A DNA stretch of 63,239 nucleotides, the filler included, from Octopus bimaculoides (taxonomy: Eukaryota), in the NCBI RefSeq assembly GCF_001194135.2. It is 5 parts of 5 records of this genome, joined end to end, with 100 filler letters (N's around TTAATTAATTAA, not from the genome) between each part and the next. Parts side by side here need not be neighbours in the genome. Positions count along the whole stretch, not along the records: positions 24,662 to 53,735 come from NC_068998.1; positions 53,836 to 59,650 come from NC_068983.1; positions 59,751 to 63,239 come from NC_068986.1; 2 more parts are not named here. One strand, written 5' to 3'. The position numbers and the translations under genes are program-made. This document shows, piece by piece, positions 51,371 through 63,040 of the stretch (the stretch's first letter is position 1; every line of letters starts with the position of its first letter). The notes beneath the pieces are model-generated. The model saw only the letters and a list, made by a program, of their open reading frames with translations, was not told where the DNA came from and made no database searches.

Positions 51371-52036
51371 ACGAAAACAGTCTATCTAATAGTTCCCTTA
51401 CAGTTTCCACCGACCCAAATTCACTCGCTAAAACTTATATGGACCAGAAATTACGATAAAAACATGCCCAAGATGCCACGCGGTAGTATCGGACCCGATA
51501 TCTCATGGTTGCGAAGTGAACTTCTTAACCACACATCCATGTCTGCTTTCACACTCATTCAATGCTCATAGTTTTATTCATTCACTGAATATGTTTCTAC
51601 TGCTAATAAATTTAAATGCAATGGAATATTTTTCTGTTCAACAGCGCACAAAGTCATTTCTCGCCTTCTCTTTTGTAATTTGAAGTCACTCTATTTCATA
51701 CTAGTTACAAGCTCTTATATCTCTATATCTCCTAAACTTAACTTTTCCGTTAAATTCATCATATTGTTCTCATCTGGTTTATGAGTCTAAGATTTCCTTC
51801 AAACTGGATAATAAATTTATCAAAAGCTTCTGCAGAATTATCATCCTTTAACATGTGTGGCTTGATTCTGATTGATGGTAGAACTGATTATCGTAACTCC
51901 TCAAGCATAAAAATTGTTGCAATTCGTAATTTCAAGGAGCCGCTATACAATTATAGACGTATTTCACACTTCAGAAGATTTTGACTAACGAAGTCATTTC
52001 ATAAAACTTTTATAGTAAGTAGAGATTATATACATA

Positions 52037-52330
52037 TACGAAGTCTGATCAATAAGTAACCGGACTATTGCCATAATAACGAAGCGAAGGCACGAAGAGT
52101 GAAGCTGTGAGGCACATATTGACCTTGACCTCTGCTGTGCATGCGCACTAAGTTTTAACGTTCTAGCTCACTTCTACTGTTTACAGCTGTGCTTGGAAGG
52201 AACGCGTGTAGTGTATTATCATCGCATTGACCATGACAAAGAAAGTAGTCATGGCGATACCTGCTCAGAGGCCTACGCAAATTAGCAGAACGTATATGGA
52301 GAGGAGTGTATGAGCTGCACACAAGTGTAC
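52037..52330 (+). mobile_element. Mariner 5' end
   Basis: TACGAAGTCTGATCAATAAGT TIR-like start; GDTCSEAYAN*QNVYGEECMSCTQVYE is a mariner N-terminal HTH. Confidence 0.8.
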
Positions 52331-53030
52331 GAGCTAATTGAATATTTTAAAGTTAAACTGTGCGACAGATTACCTCATGCGACAAATAAGCATGTTTTGT
52401 TGATGAAGCGCTCATAAGATCATGTAATTAGATATTTTATAAACGATCTCTCATGCTTTGTCTATTATGTATAAGTGCACACACACAAACACACATACAC
52501 GCGCATACACACTCACACACACATATATGCATACACATACACACACTTATACATACATATATACAAAGGTGGAGTGAGAATAAATGAATAGATACAAAGA
52601 AGATATGGAGTAAATTATATTTTTGTAATTAGAGACTTTTATATTCGCGACGTATTTCATGTATAAAGAAAACAAGGTTAGCAAGCCAATTAAGTACATC
52701 TTCATTAGCTAATTATTTTCAAGTAGTATTATACACTAGTTTGGGAAAGAGCTAGACATGCATAATGAATTAGTGTATACATGCATAAATATAGTTAGTG
52801 CGTGTTCAGTTATGTCGAAATAGATTTAAAGATATGTTAAAATTCAAGAAATTTGTAAAAAAAAGTTAATAAGGAATTAATGAATATATATTTGAACAAT
52901 AGATTCTTTAATTAAATAGTTAAGAAGTGTAGAAGAGTTGTATTAATTAGATATATTCCTTACATTTAATTATGCAAAATGGTTAACTCGAGAATGGCAT
53001 TTTCTGCCAGGGTATTTGATGTAAGTAATT

Positions 53031-53258
53031 AGCGGTGAGCTGGCAGAAGCGTTAGCACGCCAGGCGAAATGCTTAGCGGTATTTCGTCTGCCGTTACGTT
53101 CTGAGTTCAAATTCCGCCGAGGTCGATTTCGCCTTTCATCCTTTTGGGATCGATTAAGCAAGTACCAGTTATGCACTGAGTCGATGTAATCGACTTAGTC
53201 CCTTTGTCTATCCTTGTTTGTCCCCTCTGTGTTTAGCCCCCTGTGGGCAATAAAGAAG
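53031..53258 (+). mobile_element. SINE family C with an alternative 3' tail
   Basis: Standard head and central domain, but tail tagtccctttgtc...ccctgtgggcaataaagaagta. Confidence 0.85.
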
Positions 53259-53269
53259 TAAATCATGTT

Positions 53270-53472
53270 GGTTCCAAATTTTGTCACAAGGCCAGCAAGT
53301 TCGGGGTAGGGGGTAAGTCGATTACATCAACTCCAGTACTCGACTGTTACTTATTTTATCGACCCCGAAAGGATGAAAGGCAAAACCGACCTCGGCGAAA
53401 TTTGAACTCAGAACCAAAAGATGAACGAAGCATTTTGCCCGAGTGCTAACGATTCTCCCAGCTCACCGCCTT
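53270..53472 (-). mobile_element. SINE family C
   Basis: Family motifs present. Confidence 0.85.
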
Positions 53473-53477
53473 GATAT

Positions 53478-53735
53478 GTTGTGGTTGGCACTCCGTCGCT
53501 TACGACGTCGAGGGCTCCAGTTGATCCGATCAACGGAACAACCTGCTCGTGAAATTAATGTGCAAGTGGCTGAGCACTCCACAGACACGTGTACCCTTAA
53601 CGTAGTTCTCGGGGATATTCAGCGTGACACAGTGTGACACAGTGTGACAAGGCTGACCCTTTGAATTACAGGCACAACAGATACAGGAAGTAAGAGTGAG
53701 AGAAAGTTGTGGTGAAAGAGTACAGCAGGGTTCGC
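53478..53735 (-). mobile_element. SINE family B (head lost in gap)
   Basis: Reverse complement of 20210-20455. Confidence 0.9.
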
Positions 53736-54061
53736 NNNNNNNNNNNNNNNNNNNNNNNNNNNNNNNNNNNNNNNNNNNNTTAATTAATTAANNNNNNNNN
53801 NNNNNNNNNNNNNNNNNNNNNNNNNNNNNNNNNNNGAATAGTTTCATTTTTAAAGTGAAAGTATTTGACATGAGTGTTTTTGTTTCACTTTTGACACGTA
53901 ATACTTAAATAGTGGAAGAGATATTATGTTGCCATGTGCTCGAACTCTGCAAGAAGTTAAAAATTGTTTTGACTAAAACACAACTGGAACCCTAAGTAAG
54001 GCATGTGCAAAATTTGAATGAAATTGGTTGCGTAGTTCTCGAGTTTTAGGGATTCACATAC

Positions 54062-54128
<67 letters not shown>

Positions 54129-54879
54129 TTCTCATTTTTATATATATAGATAGATAACAACTTGCAAGTATACAGAGAAACATCAGAAGCAAGAACTAAA
54201 CTGACATTGCGGACTCACTCTACAAATTAACACCATTCTGTAATATTTCTGTTGGTTGCTTTATAAAATAAAAGCAGGCAATAGATGACCGTAATAAATT
54301 TACAAACATTTGGTCAGTAAAACTCCTTTGATTTCAAATTATATAAGCTTGTATTTTTGTAAACATCCTCTTTATAAATTTTTATAGAAAAGATCAATAA
54401 AGTGTATATCGGTAATGCATAATGCATAAAAGATCTATGGAACTTAACATTGAGCAAAATAGCTATCTATTACCATAGTCATGAGTTCATACCAATCGTA
54501 AGTTTTATTTCTATTTCGTAGTTTAACCCAAGGTCATTCCTAATACAGGCGATTTATGAGTAGAGATGTATCAGTCGTAGCCTTCCAGTATCTAGGAACA
54601 CATTATCTAATGAGTTCTTTTTATAAGACGGTAAGGTGTGGTTTGAGTAGGATTTGGCAAATGTTTCTCAATTTCCTTGTTGAAGCTTAAAGAAAGGAAA
54701 TACATATACATGTAAAAATTCGGGAACATTTTTTTTGTATATTTTGATATTTTCGTATATAATTTACAAATACAAAAACTTGCATATAGAAAGTTCGTTT
54801 GGTAAAATTATGTCGAAATAGGAGGACTTTAGGTTAAAGTATAAGAACTGCATTTTACGTTCTGACAGGCTCGCATTTA

Positions 54880-55450
54880 AAGTTAGAAATGGAAAAGGTG
54901 TGCATACAAAAGAAACAAGAGGGATCCCTAGCTTACTCAAAAGTAGACCGTGAAGTGTATGAAGGATGTATAGGTTTTCATATTGCATACCAGAAAAAGT
55001 GAAATAATGTGATACGGTCGTAGCCTTACGCCTCAATGAAGAGGTGATCAAGGAAGTAGCCAAACACAACAGTCCTACTGCTATCCTATAAGAAGTTGTG
55101 TGTAATCTAGGTGGCATTCAATAATATACATTATTTTTTCATAATGATCTTGGAGAATCATTTCATAATGATCTTGGAGAAGATATCAGCTCGAGAGAAG
55201 TTTACCACCAGAACTGGTTAGTTATCAAATATAAAGATGCAGATGCTGATCATCCCTGAAAACATACCAAAGATCCCGAATGACTATTCATTTGAAGAGT
55301 GTGAATCCAATGAGCGCTGTGTGGAGGGTTAGGAGAGCTAGTGCTATACATGAAGTAGTAAAAACCACATACAACTCTCCTTATATTAAATCTCCAACGA
55401 CAGGGAAAAACTAAACACAGTAAAAGCAAAAAACTAAAATCAGCAAGAAC
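54880..55450 (+). mobile_element. Possible decayed L1/Tx1-like LINE fragment
   Basis: Only a weak EKVCIQKKQEGSL similarity to W..VC.PK..GGLG; many stops. Confidence 0.25.
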
Positions 55451-55659
55451 ATACAGAATAAAACCAACAACACACAATATACATACACGCAGAGACAGGT
55501 ATATTCCTTAAGTTTACCGCCCTCCCAAAGCAGAATGCTAAGCTGAAGTATGTAAAACAAAATAACAGAGAGCATCAATCAACTTTTCTCAAAGGTAGTA
55601 CAATACAGACTTCTGGTGATGAGTACATCAGAATTCTACAAACATTCGCTATTGAGATT

Positions 55660-57072
55660 TTCACATGACGTGAAGACGTTCAGAATTAAAACAGCTATGT
55701 GAAATGTTTAGATTTGGGGGAAGGGACAATTTTCATGTATCTGGATAGTATTTCATGAATGGCAGCAGAGGTGGGCCTGTTGTCTCGTGAACCTTTACAT
55801 CCTGACTGGAATTCTTGAGGCCAGGCATCGAAAAGCATTCTTGAGGTCAAGCATCGAGAAGCATTCTTTGCTTCCCCACTCAATCACTTGGTCGGTAATG
55901 TCGACGGACATCTCCTCGATACAGCGCTGTACAGTGTTGTGAAATACGGAAATACTCGCCTTCTCTCCAATCACGTGCCTGACGAAGATCTTTGCCGCTG
56001 GCATGATGAGAAACTTTGCAATGGTATGCGCCTTCATGTTTTTGGCCACCAGGAGAGCAACTTCGTAGGATGCTTTCACAATTCCTACCCTCTTCTGGTA
56101 GATCTGGCCAGTCTTGTCTATGCGCTGCCACTTTACGTTCTCGCCAAGTCGCTGGAAGTAATTCTAGTCTCGGTCCTTCTTCTCCACGTGTTTCGTCTCA
56201 AGATGACGTTTGAGCAGGCTGGGTTTCATGGCCGCATTGGAAAGGGATTTCATACAAGCCAAACATTGCGGAAGAGCTTCTCCTCCACGTTCGATTGCAA
56301 TGAAGTCATACTTTATGTACGCAGGGTTATAGTTTCGCTTCGGCATATTATCAAATCCTATGGAAAAGTTTTTAAAAAATTAATCAATCAAAAAATAAAG
56401 AAATATAAAAATAAAAAATATACGAAATAAGGATTCTTTTCTACTCCAGGCACAAAGCCCGAAATTTTGGGGGAGAGGGGCCAGTCGATTAGATCGACCC
56501 CAGGACGCAACTGGTACTTAATTTATCGACTCTGAAAGGATGAAAGGTAAAGTCGGCCTCGGCGGAATTTGAACTCAGAACGTAAAGACAAAGGAAATAC
56601 CGCTGAGCATTTCGCCCAGCGTTCTAACGTTTCTACCTGCTCGCCGCCTTTTGTGAAGAAAATATCAACTTGTAATGGCATACCTGCCTCGCTAGCCCCC
56701 AGTCAGCCTCTACCCAGCCCAGAGAGAACAAAGACACGCATCAGAAACCAAACAAACAACTGTCATTTATTAATGAACACGCGGTGCATTTTATACGCGC
56801 ATTCCCCTCAAGGTCACACATAGCATCACGCCATACTCAAGGTCATGCGCATTGACTGGACGGCACTGATCGCTGTACAGAGAGCGAATAAAAGGTAACC
56901 AATGGTATGCCAGTAATCGAAAAGTACTGATTACTGGTTGATTGATTTGGAAAGCATTAATCACATGCTGGCCGAATATTGGAAACGGCACAAACTAAAA
57001 ATCGCATATTACCCCGAAAGTGCTCGTGTACCACCTGGAAAGCCCTCACGTACCACAGGTTGGGAACCACTG
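55660..57072 (-). mobile_element. hAT (Buster/Charlie-like) transposon, 5' TIR plus decayed transposase, interrupted by a SINE
   Basis: TIR CAGTGGTTCCCAACCTGTGG at 57072; MPKRNYNPAYIKYDF...PQCLACMKSLSNAAMKPSLLKRHLETKH (BED-like) and KASYEVALLVAKNMKAHTI...IMPA...NTVQRCIEEMS.DI..QV. Confidence 0.9.
56434..56650 (-). mobile_element. SINE family C inserted in the hAT element
   Basis: Well-preserved copy with all family motifs. Confidence 0.9.
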
Positions 57073-57099
57073 ATTTAAAGGGTTTCCCAAGAATAAAAA

Positions 57100-57185
57100 C
57101 AGTTGGAAGATGCTACAAAAAACAGTTGGAAGATGCTACAAAAAGCAGTTGGAAGATGCTACAAAAAACAGTTGGAAGATGCTAC
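57100..57185. repeat. 22-bp tandem repeat, about 4 copies
   Basis: (aacagttggaagatgctacaaa)n. Confidence 0.9.
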
Positions 57186-57434
57186 ACAAGATTTTCCCCT
57201 ATTCCTCTGATTTATTTTATTTTTTTCCTGATAAATGCCTACTGTTATGAGTATACATAGAAAATGTAACTGAAACAATTCCTTTTCTCGTGATGTGCTC
57301 CAATCTTGGTTTCAATAATCGTATGTAGAGTAGTAAATATGCTAAGTACTGAACTAAATGACTTTCAAGCTTCCACCGCTCGGACATTCTCACCTAAAAA
57401 GTAAATCTTTATTTTTTACTCAAAGGCACCAATA

Positions 57435-57640
57435 ATCCTTTCTACTATAAGCACAATGCCAGCAATTTTGCGGGAAGAGACAAGTCGATAACATCGACCC
57501 CAGTGCTCAACTGATACTTATTTCGATCCTGAAATGATGAAAGGCGAAGTTGATCTAAATGAAATTTTAACTCAGAACGTAAAAATGGGCGAAATGCCGC
57601 TACACATTTTGACCAGCGATCTACTAAGTCGCCGCTTTAG
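57435..57640 (-). mobile_element. SINE family C, decayed
   Basis: tcctttctactataagcacaatg...catcgaccccagtgctcaactg. Confidence 0.75.
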
Positions 57641-58191
57641 AGACATCAATTATAAAAGCAATCTTTTTTTGTGCTAGTTAACAACCTATTGATGTCACCA
57701 AACGCTCACTCGCATACCTCGAATATTTTACCAACGACTGCTGACTTCGACGTTGTTTTGGCGTCCCTTCATCTAAATTTTAAATTCCATCTAATTCTAT
57801 CTAGTCTTTATTGTTTATTCAGAATCATACATAATTAAAAAGGAAAAGAGGAAATTCTTTGCGAACAGATAATTAAAATATATTTTCGTATTTATTAACA
57901 CAAACGATGAAGCACTAGATAAGATTGCGTTGATGTTCCTGACTGAATTTAGAAACGAAAAATTTCTATTGCAGGAAAACTGTTTTCTGACCGAAAGAAT
58001 CAAACATTTTATAAGGCTCAAAATTTCAGTAAAATATCACGCACGGATTAAATGACTCATCAATTACCTGACATATTCTATCAAGTAAATCGCGGTGCAA
58101 AACTTTCAGATGAACAGAAGTGTAAGGATATCAGACTATGAAAGCGACTCCAAGGACATAAAGAAATTTACTTGGTACGTTTTTGTTATTC

Positions 58192-58222
<31 letters not shown>

Positions 58223-58590
58223 CATACATACATACATACATACATACATACATACATANNNNNNNNNNNNNNNNNNNNNNNNNNNNNNNNNNNNNNNNNN
58301 NNNNNNNNNNNNNNNNNNNNNNNNNNNNNNNNNNNNNNNNNNNNNNNNNNNNNNNNNNNNNNNNNNNNNNNNNNNNNNNNNNNNNNNNNNNNNNNNNNNN
58401 NNNNNNNNNNNNNNNNNNNNNNNNNNNNNNNNNNNNNNNNNNNNNNNNNNNNNNNNNNNNNNNNNNNNNNNNNNNNNNNNNNNNNNNNNNNNNNNNNNNN
58501 NNNNNNNNNNNNNNNNNNNNNNNNNNNNNNNNNNNNNNNNNNNNNNNNNNNNGTGTGTGTGTGTGTGTGTGTGTGTGTGCATGTGTGTGT

Positions 58591-58779
58591 GTGTGTTTGT
58601 GTATCTGTCTTTGTACCCCCACCATCGCTTGACAACCGATGTTGGTGTGTTTACGTCGCTGTAACTTAGCAGTTCGGCAAAAGAAACCGATAAAAAAGTA
58701 CTAGGCTAACAAAGAATAAGTTCTGGGGTCGATTTGTTCGACTAAAGGCGGTGCTCAAATGACTGAAACAAGTAAAAGA
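58591..58779 (+). mobile_element. SINE family A 3' half
   Basis: cttgacaaccgatgttggtgtgtttacg...gaaacaagtaaaaga. Confidence 0.88.
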
Positions 58780-59130
58780 AATATATATATATATTCTATT
58801 CTGTTCTTTCGTTTTACGCCCTCCTATAATTAGTACATAGCCTCATTACCCTCTCGACCCATTAGATATAGCAGCCAAATCAATTAACTATTACTGTCTA
58901 ACGCGTCTAACTTTGAAGGTGAATTTTGTTTCCCTTGTGGTTTTTAATGTATTTTGGACAAATCTGACCATCAAAACAGTTGGTCATCACTCGTTCTTTA
59001 GGTAATTATCATCAAAGTGAGACGGTACAATAGTAAAAATATGCCGGGAAGTTACCCATATCAGACTAGCGTCAGAATCTGTATTATACATCGATATAAA
59101 CGCTAGAGAAAACAGAATTAAACAGCATCT

Positions 59131-59594
59131 GTCTCACTTAGAAGGTGAAATTTATACCTGTCTCTCTTAGAAGGGAAAATTTATATGTTTCAATTTGAAG
59201 GGAAATTTTATACCTGTCTTACTTAGAAGAGAAAATTTATACCCGTCTGACTTTGAAGGTGAAGTTTATACAAGTCTGATTTTGAAGGTGCAATTTATAC
59301 TCGTCTCACTTTGAAGGTGAAATTTATACTCACCTCACTCTGAAGGTGAAATTTATAATCATCTCACTTTGAAGATGAAATTTATAATCGTCTCACTTAG
59401 AAGGTGAAATTTATACCCATCTCACTTTGAAGGTGAAATTTATACACATCTCGCTTTGAAGGTGTAATTTATACCTATCTCACTTTAAAGGTGAAATTAA
59501 TACCAGTCTCACTTTGGAGGTGAAATTTATACCCATCTCACTTTGAAGCTGAAATTTATATCCATATTACTTTGAAAGTTAAATTTAAGATTTC
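59131..59594. repeat. 29-bp minisatellite, about 16 units
   Basis: Consensus (A/G)TCTCACTTTGAAGGTGAAATTTATACCC; a solo unit lies at ~58905. Confidence 0.92.
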
Positions 59595-59815
59595 CCTGTG
59601 GTTTTAAATGAGGAATGTCTCTGTCTTCATGCCTTTCAACCTCATCCACCNNNNNNNNNNNNNNNNNNNNNNNNNNNNNNNNNNNNNNNNNNNNTTAATT
59701 AATTAANNNNNNNNNNNNNNNNNNNNNNNNNNNNNNNNNNNNNNNNNNNNATTGGGTATGAGTTGATCTATATATAGCGTTAAGAGGGCTCCAAATGCCT
59801 TTAGAATTTTACTCT

Positions 59816-60011
59816 ATCACGTGACCTTATTAGGGGCCGTGATTGGTCAGTTTGCGTTCTGGCGGGAACGGTTCGAAGAAGTTGCTGATTCGAATAATGA
59901 TCAGTCACGTGATGGACAAGGAATGGGTTCTCTACTATGCTCGCATTTATTTATATTTAAATGAGAAGATTGTATGTAATGGCGATAGTAGTTTGTATCT
60001 AATGGCGGGAG
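59816..60011. promoter_or_regulatory. Candidate Pol II promoter: two E-boxes, a CCAAT box and E2F-like sites
   Basis: ATCACGTGAC (59816) and GTCACGTGAT (59904), ATTGG (59842), GGCGGGAA (59861), GGCGGGAG (60004), with CpG enrichment. Confidence 0.45.
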
Positions 60012-61050
60012 GTAGTTTCACTACATATATATATATATAGATAGATAGATAGATTCAAGTGGATATAGTATTTAAGTTTAGGCACCAGAATTTAGTATGG
60101 TTTTATCCATACAATTTCAAAGTAAGGTGATTAAATGCAACAAGGATATCCAGAGGTAATGCAGTATGATCATTTCATACAACTCCATTTAATTGAATGA
60201 TGTAATTATTATATCAATTTAAAATGCAGAGCAATCTTCAGCTGCACAAAGACATAGAATTTAATTAAATTAGAACAGATGGACACATTAGTATAATACC
60301 TAAAATCTTCCAGAGGTTAGGGAGACAGACAGAGAACATCTTGCTTTAGCCACATCATGGAAGCTAATAAATAAAATGTCAAAGAAGATTCTGCCTGTCA
60401 CTGATTTTTTTTTTTTTTTTTAGTTTAGATTTATAGACTATCATATCAAACCTTGTATATCTAAAGCTTAAGAGAATAAAGGGAATTATCTGTTAGGGGT
60501 AGGGGTGGGAGAGCAGACAGAAATCATGGTTGGTATAGTCATGAGGTTTGGTAAACTCATGTGGTTTGATAAAGAAAAACTTAAGACAAGATGTTGGCTG
60601 ATAACTAAGGGGTCGTCCACTAGCAGACCATTGATAATGAAACAGGGGAAGTCTTATCATGTAGTACTATAGTTAAAAGTTTTAAAACAATGTTGCCATA
60701 TTGTATACAGACAAAGATTATGGTTATTCATTGGGTTATTAATAAGAATATATTAACAAAAGGATAGAAATTTATGGATATTTTTGATTATATACCAAAC
60801 TTATACCACAATAGAGGGAGGAAAAGAAAAGAAAATTATTCAGAAATAGTTTAATATTTACATACACTGCACACTTAAAAAACTAACTCATTATATGGTA
60901 TCTATGAATATTGATTAATAGGTATATACTGATATTAATAAAGGAGTATTGAGGTAAAAGAACATTCTAATTATATATTAATAAAATTATATTATAAGGA
61001 GTTTTTAGAATATATTCTAAGGAGATTTTAGAATATATATATTTACTTCA

Positions 61051-62239
61051 CTCATTAGGGAACTTTTGTATGCTGACAATTGTGATGTTGTCAGTCATTC
61101 TGAAACAGGTCTGCAATCTCTTGTATCTACATTTGACTCAGCTTGTGATGATTTTGGCTTGACCATCAACTTGAAAAAAAAACAGTTGTATTGCATCAAC
61201 CTGTATGTGGTGCTGTTAGTAACCCCGCTAAAATTTTTGTTAAGGGAAAGTTACTTGAGGTTGTCAATTTATTTGTCTACCTTAGAAGCTCTGTTCAAAA
61301 TTATAGAAATCTTGATACAGAAATACAGCTGCGAATTCAAAGGCCAGCAAAAGCATTTGGTGTCTTGGAGTCACATGTTTAGTGCCAGCGACATATAAAT
61401 AAGAATACAAAGCGGGCTCTTTACAAATCATTTGTCTTACCATCCCTGTTGTATTCCTATGAAACTTGGACTTGTTATGAAAGGCATTTTAAACTGTTAG
61501 AACAATTCCACCAAAAATGCCTTCATCGCATTTTAAACATTAAATGGAGTTCTTTTACTCCAAACACAGATATCTTTGCATCTACAGGCATCACCTCAAT
61601 TAAAGCTATGATTTTCAGGAACCAATTGAGATGGTGTGGCCATATTGTTCGAATGGTGGATGAATGCCTGCCGAAATAGCTGTTTTATGGTGAGCTTGCA
61701 GAGGGGAAATGCTATCGGCGTAAACCTAAAAAAAGGTATAAGGACTACTATGAAGTCACTTGGAATGGTTCCAGAAGATATAGAAACCCTTGCTTCGGAT
61801 CGAGTTAGATGGTGAACAAAGGTGTGGAGTGAAGTAAAAGCATTTGAAGAGGCCAAGATAACACAAGTAAGACTCAAAAGAGATCTAAGGAAGAATGTAA
61901 TGATTGAGAAGGTGAATGACAATGACCTTTTTGTGTGCACAGTCTGTGACAGACCGTGCCTATCTTTGGCTGACCTCAAATCTCATCTGCGAATGCATGG
62001 AAAACAAACCTCTACCAACTATTCTGACTATATGTTTGCACACCTTTGAATGCAGTGTATGCCAGAAGGTTTGCAAATCCAATGGAGGCCTCAAAAGACA
62101 TGTTAAAATCCACAAAGAGCAGAACTTATCTGCAGGTATTGGTGGTCCAAATCAGAGGTGCAATCTATGTGGGCATCTTTTCAGAACATTGGCTGGTTTA
62201 AAAAGCCACATCAGATGCCATGGTGGTGCTAAGGTGTAG
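61051..62239 (+). mobile_element. 5'-truncated, decayed RTE-clade LINE: RT C-terminal part plus three C2H2 zinc fingers
   Basis: RELLYADNC (YADD-like), FGLTINLKK, LLYSYETWT, LEQFHQKCLHRILNIKW, QLRWCGHIVRM, LFYGEL; then C-x2-C-x12-H-x3-H fingers CTVC..HLRMH, CSVC..HVKIH and CNLC..HIRCH. Confidence 0.92.
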
Positions 62240-62341
62240 GTANNNNNNNNNNNNNNNNNNNNNNNNNNNNNNNNNNNNNNNNNNNNNNNNNNNNNNNNNN
62301 NNNNNNNNNNNNNNNNNNNNNNNNNNNNNNNNNNNNNNNNN

Positions 62342-62984
62342 NGGGGAGGGGACTAGTCGATTACATTGACCCCAGTGTTTCACTGGTACTTAGCTTATTG
62401 ACTACAAAAAGATGAAAGACAAAGCTGACCTCGGCGGAATTTGAACTCAGAACATAAAGACGGATGAAATGTGCTAAGCATTTTGCCTAGCATGCTAACG
62501 ATTCTGCCAGCTCGCTGCCTTAAATAATAATAATAATACTGATAATGATAATGATGATGATAATGATAATGGTTTCAAATTTTGGCACAAGGCCAGCAAT
62601 TTCAGGGTGGGTTAAGTCGATTAAATTGACCAAGTACTCAACTGTATCTATTTTATCAATCCCGGAAGTGAAAGACCAAGTTAACTTTGGCAAGAACTGA
62701 ACTCAAAATGTAAAGATGAACAAAATGCTGCTTACAATTCTTCCAGCTCACTGCCTAAATAATAATAATAATAATAATAATCCTTTCTATTAAAGGCACA
62801 AGGCCTGAAATTTTGGGGGAGGGGATAAATCAATTACATCAACTCAGTGTTTCACTAATACTTGATTTACTGACCCTGAAAGGATGAAGGGCAAAGTCGA
62901 ACTTGGAATGTAGCGACAGATGAAATACCACTAAGCATTTCACCCAGCGTTCTACCGATTCTGCCAGGTCACCGCCTTAATAAC

Positions 62985-63040
<56 letters not shown>

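Larger units (their letters stand above)
50420..51950 (-). mobile_element. Highly decayed Gypsy-type gag remnant interrupted by SINEs
   Basis: Degenerate zinc knuckle CFNCKMRGHFTKVY (50636-50595) preceded by CWCGE; an upstream DDNSAEAFDKFIIQFE block is reminiscent of Mag-like gag. Confidence 0.5.

Noticed and set aside
59131-59594. CRISPR-like appearance of the 29-bp array
   Set aside because: Units are contiguous with no unique spacers, there are no cas genes, and the context is eukaryotic.
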